A DNA stretch of 64,000 nucleotides. Source: an uncultured Chloroflexia bacterium. GTDB taxonomy: Bacteria > Chloroflexota > Limnocylindria > Limnocylindrales > CSP1-4. The notes below the pieces were generated by a model that did no database searches, was not told the DNA's origin, and saw only the letters and a list, made by a program, of their open reading frames with translations. Position numbers and translations under genes: made by a program. Shown piece by piece: positions 1 through 9,140 of this stretch; within the stretch, counting starts at the first letter, position 1; the number at the start of each line of letters is the position of its first letter. The stretch spans positions 48,718 through 112,717 of the forward strand of contig CAVUSI010000001.1 of assembly GCA_963744115.1 (NCBI GenBank), written 5' to 3'.

Positions 1-1417
1 CTCGTCCTCCGGGCGGAGGTCGACCTCAAGCTCGGTCGCTACACGGCCGCCGCGGCCAGTGCCGGACGAGCGGCGGAGCTGCGTCCGGCCGACCGGACCG
101 CGACCGCGGTGCGGGACCGTGCGCGGGCCGAGCTGATCGTGCTCACACCCGGTTGGCGCCCGCGCCTCGGGCTCGCCACGGATCGGCGATCGGGTACGTC
201 CCGGTCGGATCCTCCATCTCCTCACGAACTCGCTGCCGTACCGCGAGGCCGGCTATACCGTCAGGGCGCAGAACGTCGCACGCTGCCAGCTGGACGCGGG
301 ACTCGATCCGCGGATGGCGACGCGGGCCGGGTTCCCGAGCAACGAGGGAGTCCGCCGGGCGCCTGCCACGTCCGTCGTCGACGGCGTGACCTATCACCGG
401 GTCCTGCCGGACCTCGATCCGGCCACCCCGATCGACCGGTTGATCGAGGCCAACGCGAAGGCGGCGCAGGACCTCGTCGACACCCTCCGGCCGGCCGTCC
501 TCCACCCGGCCTCGAACCACGTGAACGCGCAGGTGGCCCTCGCCCTGCGGGATCGGTACGGGATCCCGGTCGTCTACGAGGTGCGCGGCTTCCTCGAGGA
601 GACGTGGCGGTCCAGGGCATCGGTCGACGTCGCCGACAGCGACCGGTACCGGGCGTCGCGCGAGATCGAGACCGCCTGCATGCGCGATGCCGACGCGGTC
701 GTGACCCTGTCGGAGACCATGCGCCAGGACATCCTCGGTCGCGGCGGGACCGACCCGGATCTGGTCGTCGTCGTGCCGAACGCCGTCGACGTCGCACGGT
801 TCGTTCCCGGCCCGCGGGACCCTGGCCTGGCGGCCAGCCTGGGGATCGGCGACGAGCCGGTCATCGGCTACATCTCGAGCTTCACCGGCTACGAGGGGAT
901 CCGGTATCTCATCGAGGCGACGGCCGAGCTCCATCGGCGCGGTCGGCGCGTCCGTTGCCTGCTCGTCGGCGACGGCGAGGAACGAGCCGCGCTCGAGCTC
1001 GTGGCACGCGCGACCGGGATGGATGACGGCACGGTCATCTTCGCCGGCCGCGTCCCACACGATCGGGTCCTCGACTACTACCGGCTGATCGACGTGTTCG
1101 TCGTTCCGCGCACGAACGACCGGGTGTCCCAGCTGGTGACCCCCCTCAAGCCCTACGAGGCGATGGCGATGGAACGGGCACTTGTCGTGAGCGCGGTCGG
1201 AGCGCTGCTCGAGATCGTCACCGAGGGTGAGACCGGCCGATCCTTCCGCCCCGAGGACCCGATCGCCCTGGCCGACGCGGTCGAGCCGCTTCTCGACGAC
1301 CCGGCTGAACGCGCCCGGCTCGGACGCGCGGCCCGGATCTGGGTCTCCGAGCACCGGACGTGGCAGATGAACGGCTCGCGCTACCGCGCCCTGTACGAAC
1401 GCCTCGGGGTCGCATGA
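1..1417 (+). CDS. GT4-family (GT-B) glycosyltransferase with helical/TPR-like N-terminal extension; 5'-partial; reading frame interrupted near 169-171
   Basis: Frame 2 (open from 137) reads GRILHLLTNSLPYREAGYTVRAQ (GT4 N-lobe start), ISSFTGYEGIRYL, and VVPRTNDRVSQLVTPLKPYEAMAMERALVVS (GT1 C-lobe). It has no ATG/GTG/TTG before 314. Frame 1 (1-171) reads ...LTPGWRPRL, colinear with TDPRWSPRI of the paralog at 2915-4114. Stop TGA 1415-1417. Confidence 0.8.
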
Positions 1418-2899
1418 CCACGGGCGGCCCGGCCTCGCCACGGCGGCGGATCGCCTACCTGTCGTACTCGACCGCCGAGTTCGATTCGCGGACCCAGCGG
1501 ATGGCCGAGTCCGCCGTCGAGCGCGGCTTCGACGTCGCGGTCTACGCGCGGTGGGAACCCGGCCTCCCGCTCCGATCCGAAGGCCGCGGTTATCCGATCG
1601 TCCGGGTCCCGGCCGTCTGGCAGCTGGCCGTCCCGGGCCTGAGCGGGCGGGGCCGGCGACGCCTGGCGGCCTTTCGGCGTGCGGCTGAGCGAGGCGCGGG
1701 ATCAGGCGACCCGGCGACCGGCTCGAACCCGTCCGCTGCGGGCGGGGACGCCCCGGCTCCGACACGGAGTGACGCACCGACCGGACCGACCGGGGTCGCG
1801 GGAACGGCAAGGGCGCCGAAGGGATCGCGCCGGCGCTGGGTCGATCGGCTCCCGTCGTCGGTCCGTGGGACGATCTTCGGCTGGCCGCTCCGTCGAGCAC
1901 GGATCGTCTCGAATTCGATCGGACACTGGCGACGGCGACTGGTCATGTTCCCGCTCCGGCCGATGGGCTGGGCGGTCGCACTCGACGAGGTCGTGGAGCC
2001 GGCCGACCTGTGGCATGGGATGTGGGCCGCCTCGCTCCCGGCCCTCGATCGGCTGACGCGCCGGCACGGCGGTCGGACCGTCTATGACAGTCGGGACGTG
2101 TACGTCCACGCACGAGGGCTCGAGACCATGGCGCCGCTGGGCCGTTCGCTGCTTGCGAGGCTCGAGCGACGCTGGGCGCGGCGGGTCGACGCCGTCCTGA
2201 CCGTCAACGACGCGTATGCCTCGATCCTGGCCGAGCAGTTCGGGATCCCCCGCCCGACGATCGTGCGCAACACGCCAGCCTCGCTACGTCCGGCCGACGC
2301 CGACCCCCGACCGCTTCCGGGATCGGCTGGGCCTGCCGGCCTCGACCGCGATCGTCCTCTACCAGGGTGGCCTGATGAGCGAGCGCGGGATCGAGCAGGG
2401 GATGGACGCCATCCTGGCCGTCGACGACGCCGTCCTCGTCCTGATGGGGTTCGGGTCGCAGCAGGACGCGATCGTGCGCCTGGCTCGGTCGGCCCGCTAC
2501 GCCGAGCGCGTACGGGTCGTCGACCCGGTACCGCCCGCGGAGTTGCTCGACTGGACGGCCTCGGCGGACGTCATGCTGATGGCGATCCAGCCGACGTCCC
2601 TCAACCACCGCTACACGACCCCGAACAAGCTGTGGGAGGCGATCGCCGCCGGGGTACCTGTGGTCGCGTCGGACCTGCCGGGGATGGCCTCGGTCGTCAG
2701 GGAGACCGGCTGCGGCGTGCTGGTCGATCCGACCGACCCCGCCGCCATCGCGCGCGGGATCCGGACGATCCTCGACCTCCCGCCGGTCGAGCGCGAGCGG
2801 CTCCTCGAACGCTGCCGAGCGGCAGGCGCCCGATACAGCTGGGAGCACGAGGCGACGACGCTGTTCGGGCTGTACGGACGGCTGCTCGATGGCGCCTGA
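1414..2899 (+). CDS. GT4 glycosyltransferase with long N-lobe insertion; reading frame interrupted near 2275-2285
   Basis: ATG 1414 overlaps the previous stop (ATGA). Frame 1 reads RIAYLSYSTAEFDSRTQRMAESAVERGFDV ... AVLTVNDAYASILAEQFGIPRPTIVRN. Frame 2 from about 2282 reads RYVRPTPTPDRFRDRLGLPASTAIVLYQGG ... LNHRYTTPNKLWEAIAAGVPVVASDLPGMASVV (GT1 C-lobe). Colinear with the intact paralogs at 14224-15549 and 15546-16919. Confidence 0.8.
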
Positions 2900-2914
2900 T
2901 CGGCCGGTGCTACG

Positions 2915-4114
2915 ATGCCCGCGGCCATGAGTCGAAACCCGACCCCGGAGGGTCCCGACGGATCCCCGCCCGCCGGTCGGTGGAGGACCGTGCGGTTCCT
3001 CGTTCGGGGCTATACCCGGCGCCTTCCAGGCGATCGAGGCGACGCGGCGCTGGCGATGCTCAACGACGCGCGCAGCCTGGTCACCGGGCGACGTTCAACG
3101 ACCCCGCGACCGGGCGACCCACCGGTCGATCCGGCGACCGTCCTCCGGGCCGAGCGGGCCCTGGCTCGCGGCGATCTCGACGCGGCCTGGTCGAACGCGA
3201 CCGCGATCCTGGAGGACCGACCCGACAGCCTGGCCGCGCTGGCGGTCCGGCGGACCGTCCTCGAACGGCGCGGTGAGCCGAGCGCCGCGCTGGCGACGAT
3301 CCGGACCATGCGGTCGGTCCTCGACACGCCCGAGCTCGCACGAGACGAGCGGGTCGCGGTCGGCCGCCTGTTCGAGACCGATCCGCGCTGGTCGCCCCGC
3401 ATCACCGGCCCACGGCGTCCGATCGAGTCGGCGGACCCGGGGGTGGTGATGCATGTCGTGGCCGGGCCGCCCGACGGTGCCGGCTGGCCGATCGGCTCGT
3501 TGGCGGTGAGTCGCATGACGGCGGAGCGCGCGGCGGGACTCCAACCGATCGCGGTCGGCCCGGTCGAGGCCGGATCGACGGACGGGCCCGGCAGCGGATC
3601 GGGCGAGTCGACGGTCGACGGGATCGCGTTCCACCGGCTCGAACTCGGACCGGCGTGGTCGCCGGACGGACCACCCGACGTCGAGCTTATCGAGACCGCC
3701 TGGCTGGCGGCCCAGGTCGGGCGAAACGCTCGACCGTCGCTCGTCCTCGCCGCACCGGGCGCCCGCGGATTCGACACGATGCTCATCGGCGTGGCGCTGC
3801 GCGACCACCTCGGGATCCCGCTCGTCATCGACGGGCCGGTCGTCGATCCCCCGGTTCCGGCCGGTTCGGAGCAGATGGCCCGCGCGCGGGCGACGGTCGA
3901 GCGGTGCCTGGCTCGCGCCGACGCCGTGATCGCCGGGGATGACCGGGCGCGGCGGGAGCTCATCGCGCGGGGGGTGCCCGCGGAACGGATCGTCGTCGTC
4001 GACGACACCGGGTCTCCCGGCGTGGTCGGGGCCGCCCGACGCGGGGTCTACGCGGCGGTCGTCGCCGGACGACGTCCGACCGATCCGTCGGACGGAACGG
4101 TGCGACCCGGATGA
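2915..4114 (+). CDS. TPR-like/helical N-terminal region plus GT-B N-lobe only (no nucleotide-sugar-binding C-lobe); truncated paralog of the gene at 1-1417
   Basis: 399-aa ORF. ALARGDLDAAWSNATAILEDRPDSLAALAVRRTVLERRGE is TPR-like. DPRWSPRITGP...GVVMHVVAGPP...LGIPLVIDGP...ADAVIAGDDRARRELIARGVPAERIVVVDD parallels the N-lobe of the first gene. The ORF ends at the lobe boundary. The stop overlaps the next ATG (ATGA 4111-4114). Confidence 0.65.
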   Translation: MPAAMSRNPTPEGPDGSPPAGRWRTVRFLVRGYTRRLPGDRGDAALAMLNDARSLVTGRRSTTPRPGDPPVDPATVLRAERALARGDLDAAWSNATAILEDRPDSLAALAVRRTVLERRGEPSAALATIRTMRSVLDTPELARDERVAVGRLFETDPRWSPRITGPRRPIESADPGVVMHVVAGPPDGAGWPIGSLAVSRMTAERAAGLQPIAVGPVEAGSTDGPGSGSGESTVDGIAFHRLELGPAWSPDGPPDVELIETAWLAAQVGRNARPSLVLAAPGARGFDTMLIGVALRDHLGIPLVIDGPVVDPPVPAGSEQMARARATVERCLARADAVIAGDDRARRELIARGVPAERIVVVDDTGSPGVVGAARRGVYAAVVAGRRPTDPSDGTVRPG

Positions 4115-5298
4115 GTCCGCGAACGTCCGGCCGGACGCTCCACGAAGCACTCGCCGCCGCACGCCGGCTCGTTGCCCTGGGTCACGAGCCGGCGACCGTG
4201 ATGGCGGTCCATCCGACGTCGGCCAACCCGTTCCAGCCACTCACCTACCGCCGGACCTGGGAGAACGGGATCGGCCCGGTCCCGATGCGACGGTGGGAGG
4301 AGCTCGACGAGCTTCGACGGTTGCCCGGCCTCGGGGTCCGGACGGTCCTCCACCTGCATTGGACCCACGCCGTGCTCCAGCGGGTCCCGGACGAGGCGTC
4401 CGGGCGGGTGGCCATCGCGGGCTTCCTCGACCGGCTGGATCGCTTCCTCGATGGCGGTGGACGGCTGGTCTGGACCGTGCACAACGTCCTGCCTCACGAC
4501 GTTCGGTTCCACTCACTCGAGGCGGAGCTCCAGCAGGCCGTCGTCGATCGTGCGGCGGCCGTCCATATCCTCGCGGCGAACACCGTCGAGGCGGCTGCCG
4601 GATGGTTCACGATCCCGCCGGACCGCGTGATGCACGTCCCGCTGCCGAGCTATCGCGGAGCCTACGCGGACATCTACTCGCCGCAGGAGGCTCGACACCG
4701 GCTCGGGATCGATCCCGACGACGTGGTGTACGGACTGGTCGGCCGGATCAAGCCGTACAAGGGCCTGACGACCCTGCTCGACGCGTTCGACCGGCTGATC
4801 GAGACCGATCCTCGGCCTCGTCGCCTGCTCATCGCCGGTCCGCCCGACCAGGCACCCGAGACGGCCGCCCTCCTCGAACGGGCGCGCGCCCATCCGCGGG
4901 TCGCGCTCCACGCCCGGACGTTCCCCGACGACGAGATGCAGCTCTTCCTGCGGGCGACGGACCTGGCGGTCCTGCCGTATGAAGACGTCCTGAACTCGAG
5001 CGTGCTCTTCCTCGCCCTCACCTTCGGTCTGCCGGTCATCGTGCCGGCCGCCGGCGGGATCGGCGAGGAGATCGCTCCGGCGTTCGGACGGACGTTCGCC
5101 CCGGGCGACCAGAACGGCCTGGTCGCCGCCCTTCGGGCCGGAGACGAGCTGCTCGAGCCGTCGGCTCGCGAGAGCGCCCGGCTGGCCGCCCTCGCCGTGG
5201 CCGCCGAGCACGACCCGGAGGTGCTCGGTGAGCGCTTCGCCCGCGAGCTGCTCAGCCGCGTCTACGGCGACCCCGTGCTACCCTACGGCGGCTCATGA
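4111..5298 (+). CDS. glycosyltransferase, GT-B fold (group 1 C-lobe)
   Basis: 395 aa. Motifs: HLHWTHAV, VWTVHNVLPHD, VYGLVGRIKPYKGL, LAVLPYEDVLNSSVLFLALTFGLPVIVPAAGGIGEEI. ATGA overlaps at both ends. Confidence 0.8.
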   Translation: MSPRTSGRTLHEALAAARRLVALGHEPATVMAVHPTSANPFQPLTYRRTWENGIGPVPMRRWEELDELRRLPGLGVRTVLHLHWTHAVLQRVPDEASGRVAIAGFLDRLDRFLDGGGRLVWTVHNVLPHDVRFHSLEAELQQAVVDRAAAVHILAANTVEAAAGWFTIPPDRVMHVPLPSYRGAYADIYSPQEARHRLGIDPDDVVYGLVGRIKPYKGLTTLLDAFDRLIETDPRPRRLLIAGPPDQAPETAALLERARAHPRVALHARTFPDDEMQLFLRATDLAVLPYEDVLNSSVLFLALTFGLPVIVPAAGGIGEEIAPAFGRTFAPGDQNGLVAALRAGDELLEPSARESARLAALAVAAEHDPEVLGERFARELLSRVYGDPVLPYGGS

Positions 5299-6152
5299 CC
5301 GTTTCAACCAACGAGGCGATCGCCTCAACGCGCCCGCGCGCGAAGCGAGTCGGCATGGTGGCGCTGGTCCGGTCGGGCATCGGCGAGATCATCGCCCGGC
5401 GACGCCTGACCCGCTACCTCGTCGGAGCGGAGCTCAAGCGGACGCACGCCGACACCGCGTTCGGCCAGATCTGGTGGGTCCTCGACCCGCTTCTCCAGAT
5501 GATCGTGTACGCGTTCGTGGTGACGGTCATCTTCCAGCGCAAGACGCCGGATTACCCGCTGTTCGTGTTCGCTCCGATCCTGGCCTGGAAATGGTTCAGC
5601 GCGACGCTCAACGAGGCGGCGCTGTCGGTGACCGGGCGACAGCAGCTCATCCGGCAGATCCAGTTCCCCAAGCTCGTCCTGCCCGCATCGGCGGTCGTTG
5701 CCGGCACGGTGAGCTTCGCCTTCGGGCTGATCGCGCTTGGCATCGTCTACCTGTTCTTCCTGCCGCGCCTGAGCCTGTGGGTCCTGACCATCCCGATCAT
5801 CGCCTTCGTCCAGTTCGTGTTCACCCTGGCGCTCGGGATCCTGTTCGCCGCAGCGAATGCCTTCTTCCGCGACATCCAGAACGTCATGCACCACCTCCTG
5901 CGGCTGTGGTTCTACCTGTCGCCGGCGCTGTACTCCCTCGACGACCTCGCGAAGTCGCATCCGTCCCTGTACACGCTCTTCTCGCTCAATCCGATGGCGG
6001 TCCTGCTCGACTCATATCGGTCCGTGACCTGGGGGATGGGGCCGCCGAACTGGGCCGGGCTGGGCGTCGTGCTCGTCCTGTCCGGCCTCCTGGTGCTCGT
6101 GTCGATCTACTTCTTCAAGCGCGCCGAGCCGGCGTTCGCGAGGATCCTGTGA
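5295..6152 (+). CDS. wzm: ABC-2 type polysaccharide/teichoic-acid export permease (Wzm/TagG/RgpC-like)
   Basis: 285 aa, multi-pass hydrophobic. FGQIWWVLDPLLQMIVYAFVVTVIF is the typical ABC-2 N-terminal signature. Immediately followed by the ATPase gene. Confidence 0.9.
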   Translation: MTVSTNEAIASTRPRAKRVGMVALVRSGIGEIIARRRLTRYLVGAELKRTHADTAFGQIWWVLDPLLQMIVYAFVVTVIFQRKTPDYPLFVFAPILAWKWFSATLNEAALSVTGRQQLIRQIQFPKLVLPASAVVAGTVSFAFGLIALGIVYLFFLPRLSLWVLTIPIIAFVQFVFTLALGILFAAANAFFRDIQNVMHHLLRLWFYLSPALYSLDDLAKSHPSLYTLFSLNPMAVLLDSYRSVTWGMGPPNWAGLGVVLVLSGLLVLVSIYFFKRAEPAFARIL

Positions 6153-7015
6153 CCAGCGTCGATCCGGTCATGGATCCGATGCGGCCAGCCGGCCTCGCGA
6201 CGGTCGAGGAACGGGCGGTCGAGGTGGTCGACCTCGGCATCCGCTACGACCTGCGACTCACCAAGCGGACGACGCTCAAGGGCTCGCTCGGTGGGATGCT
6301 CCGCAGGAGCCACGGCGGCGAGAACCACTTCTGGGCCCTGCGTCATCTGTCGTTCACGCTCGATCAGGGCGAGTCGCTGGCGGTCATCGGCCCGAACGGC
6401 GCGGGCAAGAGCACGCTCCTGCTCGCCCTGGCCGGCATCCTCCAGCCGTCCGAGGGCGCGGTCCTCAGCCACGGCCGCGTGTCGACGCTGCTCACCCTCG
6501 GGGCAGGCTTCGAGGTCGAGCTGACAGGACGGGACAACATCGACCTGGTCGGCGCGTTCCTCGGGATCGATCAGAGTCAGATGGACCAGCTCACACCGTC
6601 GATCATCGAGTTCGCCGACATCGGCAAGTTCATCGATGCCCCGGTCAAGACCTACTCGGCCGGGATGAAGGCGCGCCTCGGCTTCTCGATCGCCACCGCG
6701 GTCACCCCGGACATCCTCCTGCTCGATGAGGTGCTCGGGACCGGCGACCAGACGTTCCGGGCGCGCAGCCAGGCCCGCGTCCGTGAGCTCGTCGGGAAGG
6801 CCAAGGCGATCGTCCTCGTCACCCACGACCTGACCTTCGTCAGCGAGTTCTGCAACCGGGCGATCCTGCTCGAGCGCGGCGGGATCATCGAGGAAGGCGA
6901 GCCGGAGGCGATCGTCGACCTCTATCGCGAACGGGTCGCCCAGCGCCGGCTCCTCGCCGAGGAGGACGCCCAGCGCTTCGCGGTCGTGCCCGACCGCAGC
7001 GCCGCCAACGGCTGA
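6149..7015 (+). CDS. wzt: ABC exporter ATP-binding protein (Wzt/TagH/RgpD-like), no C-terminal carbohydrate-binding domain
   Basis: GTG 6149 overlaps the wzm stop (GTGA). Walker A GPNGAGKST, signature YSAGMKARL, Walker B ILLLDE, H-loop VTHD. About 288 aa, so there is only a short tail after the NBD. Confidence 0.9.
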   Translation: MTSVDPVMDPMRPAGLATVEERAVEVVDLGIRYDLRLTKRTTLKGSLGGMLRRSHGGENHFWALRHLSFTLDQGESLAVIGPNGAGKSTLLLALAGILQPSEGAVLSHGRVSTLLTLGAGFEVELTGRDNIDLVGAFLGIDQSQMDQLTPSIIEFADIGKFIDAPVKTYSAGMKARLGFSIATAVTPDILLLDEVLGTGDQTFRARSQARVRELVGKAKAIVLVTHDLTFVSEFCNRAILLERGGIIEEGEPEAIVDLYRERVAQRRLLAEEDAQRFAVVPDRSAANG

Positions 7016-7048
7016 CGACGTCCTGACCCGGACGGGCCGCGCGGCTCG

Positions 7049-7798
7049 TCAGTCGTCGAGCCGGCGCAGGAACCCGCCTCGGCAGTAGGTCGTGGTCAGG
7101 CGCTCGTAAGATCGGTCGATCTCGAACTCCGGGTGCGAGGCCAGGAACTCCCGGACCGCCTCGAGCGGGTTGTCGGCATGCCAGGTCGGCTGGCCGTTGG
7201 GTGCGTCCGCGACCATCGGCATGACCTCATCGAAGACGATCATGTAGCTGCCCGGCGTCACCATCGGGCCGTACAGCTCGAGCTCGCGAAGGACGTGGGC
7301 CCGGGTGTGGTTCGAATCGAGCATGACCATCGTCGTCTGGCCCGGGGCGATCAGGTCTCGGACCGAGGCGACGGTCGTCGGATCGGTCGAGCTGCCTTCG
7401 ATCAGGCTGATCCGGCGGGCCATCGGGTGGCTTTCGATGGCGAGCCGGTTGTACTTGCGGATCTCGATGTCCACCCCGATCACCCGGCCGCGGCCGAGCA
7501 GCTCGAGGATCGAGGCGTAGAGGATCAGGGCACCGCCGTGGGCGACGCCACTCTCGATGATGACATCGGGGCGGATCTTCCAGACCAGCTCCTGGACCAT
7601 CACGATGTCCTCTGGAAGCTGGATGATCGGGATGCCCAGCCAGGTGACCTCGTAGGACAGCTTGCGCTGCCAGCCGGACCGCGTGAACAGGTCCGCCACC
7701 ACCTCGAAACCCTCCGGCGTATAGATGTCGATCTCGCGGGGACCGTCCTCGGTCCGGATCGTGATGACCCGATCCGGTTGCGTTCCGCTGTCCGTCAC
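7049..7798 (-). CDS. CmcI-family (cephalosporin hydroxylase-like) SAM-dependent sugar O-methyltransferase
   Basis: WLGIPIIQLPEDIVMVQELVWKIRPDVIIESGVAHGGALILYASIL is the family core. Start set at GTG 7798, with GGAGGA 6 nt upstream and a GTGA overlap with the upstream stop. The ORF is open to 7825. Confidence 0.85.
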   Translation of the reverse strand: MTDSGTQPDRVITIRTEDGPREIDIYTPEGFEVVADLFTRSGWQRKLSYEVTWLGIPIIQLPEDIVMVQELVWKIRPDVIIESGVAHGGALILYASILELLGRGRVIGVDIEIRKYNRLAIESHPMARRISLIEGSSTDPTTVASVRDLIAPGQTTMVMLDSNHTRAHVLRELELYGPMVTPGSYMIVFDEVMPMVADAPNGQPTWHADNPLEAVREFLASHPEFEIDRSYERLTTTYCRGGFLRRLDD

Positions 7799-8685
7799 GA
7801 TGCATCCTCCAAGCGAGTGCGCCACCAGGCGATCGTCTCATCGATCCCGGCTCGGAGATCGTGCGTCGGTCGCCAGCCCAGACCGAGCAGCGGCCCCGCG
7901 TCGCCCGCACGGGCATAGCCGTCGTCCCCGATCGGGCCGAGAGCGCCAAGCCGGAGCAGATCGGGCCGGCCGGTCCGTTCGGCGATCATGCGGAAGACGT
8001 CGGCAAGGGCCACGAGCGAACCCGAGCAGATGTCGACCCCGCCGGTCAGAGTGGTCCCGGCAAGCGTACAGAACGCCGCGGCCACATCGGCGACGTACAG
8101 GTAGTCGCGCGGCCGCCGGCCGTCGGTCGTCGCGATCTCCTCACCCGAGACGAGCGCGCGGATCACCGCCGGGATCACCCGACGCCGGTCCTCGCCGGGT
8201 CCGTAGAGGTAGAAGACGTGCCCGCAGGCGACGGCTACGCCCGACGACGCGACGCCATCCGATAATCGGTGGAGCGCCCCCTTGGCGGCCTCGTAGATCC
8301 GGGGCCGGGGTTCGGCGGCGTTCTCGAGGCAGGTCCCTCCGAGCACGACCCGCGGGCATCCGCCTTCAGCCGCGGCGAGAAGGAGCCCGACCGAGGCATC
8401 CAGCGACGCGAGGTTCTCGGCCAGCGCATCACGATAGCGGCTGGGCTCGGCGTACCAGGCGAGGTGGATGACGGCGTCGGGGCGGATCTCGCCGAGCAGC
8501 GCGATCAGGCGTGAGCGGTCCGCCAGGTCCGCCTCGACGCGGTCGATCCGGCTCCCGAGGTCGTCGAGGCGCGCGGTCGCCGACCCGGGCCGAACGAGGG
8601 CGACGGGCTGGTCTCCCCTTGAGATGAGCTCGCGAACGACATGCGCGCCGATGAACCCCGCCGCCCCGGTCACGAGGACCTTCAT
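7795..8685 (-). CDS. NAD(P)-dependent epimerase/dehydratase-family SDR, probable NDP-4-ketosugar reductase
   Basis: MKVLVTGAAGFIGAHV Rossmann motif and YEAAK (YxxxK). Start ATG 8685 shares one nt with the upstream stop (TGATG). Confidence 0.85.
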   Translation of the reverse strand: MKVLVTGAAGFIGAHVVRELISRGDQPVALVRPGSATARLDDLGSRIDRVEADLADRSRLIALLGEIRPDAVIHLAWYAEPSRYRDALAENLASLDASVGLLLAAAEGGCPRVVLGGTCLENAAEPRPRIYEAAKGALHRLSDGVASSGVAVACGHVFYLYGPGEDRRRVIPAVIRALVSGEEIATTDGRRPRDYLYVADVAAAFCTLAGTTLTGGVDICSGSLVALADVFRMIAERTGRPDLLRLGALGPIGDDGYARAGDAGPLLGLGWRPTHDLRAGIDETIAWWRTRLEDAS

Positions 8686-9140
8686 CAGTGCTGTCGGATG
8701 CCCCAGTCGTAGGGGATGTCGTTGTCGAACGGGTCGAGCCGGATCGACCGCGCCGGGTCGTGCGGATGCGTCGAGCAGTTGGCCACGATGGCTGCGCCCG
8801 GCCCCATCCCCTTGAACCCGTTCCAGACCCCCGGCGGGACCTGGACGAGGCTGTAGTCGTCCGGGCCCAGGAACCGCTCCATGACCTCGCCCCGGGACGG
8901 GGACCCCTCGCGATCGTCGTACAGAACGAGCTTGATGCGGCCGTGCACACAGACGTAGTTGAGGGTCATCTCGGCATGCTTGTGCCAGCCCTTGACGACA
9001 CCCGGATACACGGTCGAGAAGTAGATCTCGCCGAATCCAAGGAACTCGGGATCCGAAGCCTTGAGCATGTGCATGACCGTGCCGCGTTCGTCCGGGATCC
9101 GGGCGCGGGGCACGATGCGCACTCCATCGATCATCGTCAC
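8685..9140 (-). CDS. RmlC-like cupin NDP-sugar epimerase/isomerase
   Basis: 151 aa. DERGTVMHMLK...GEIYFSTVYPGVVKGWHKHAEMTLNYVCVHGRIKLVLYD is a short cupin sugar epimerase. GTG 9140 overlaps the upstream stop (GTGA). Confidence 0.8.
   Translation of the reverse strand: MTMIDGVRIVPRARIPDERGTVMHMLKASDPEFLGFGEIYFSTVYPGVVKGWHKHAEMTLNYVCVHGRIKLVLYDDREGSPSRGEVMERFLGPDDYSLVQVPPGVWNGFKGMGPGAAIVANCSTHPHDPARSIRLDPFDNDIPYDWGIRQH

Noticed and set aside
143-1900. 585-aa minus-strand ORF (and similar ones such as 3095-4240 and 9713-10396) overlapping the glycosyltransferase genes
   Set aside because: The composition is Arg/Pro/Gly/Asp-rich with no recognisable motifs. It lies opposite ORFs that have clear family signatures. 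This is the typical open shadow frame of a genome with about 70% GC.
7036-7045. Palindrome GCCGCGCGGC between the convergent wzt and cmcI-like genes, considered as a bidirectional terminator
   Set aside because: It is a 10-bp perfect palindrome with no loop, no flanking stem extension and no U-tract, so it is not a convincing hairpin terminator.
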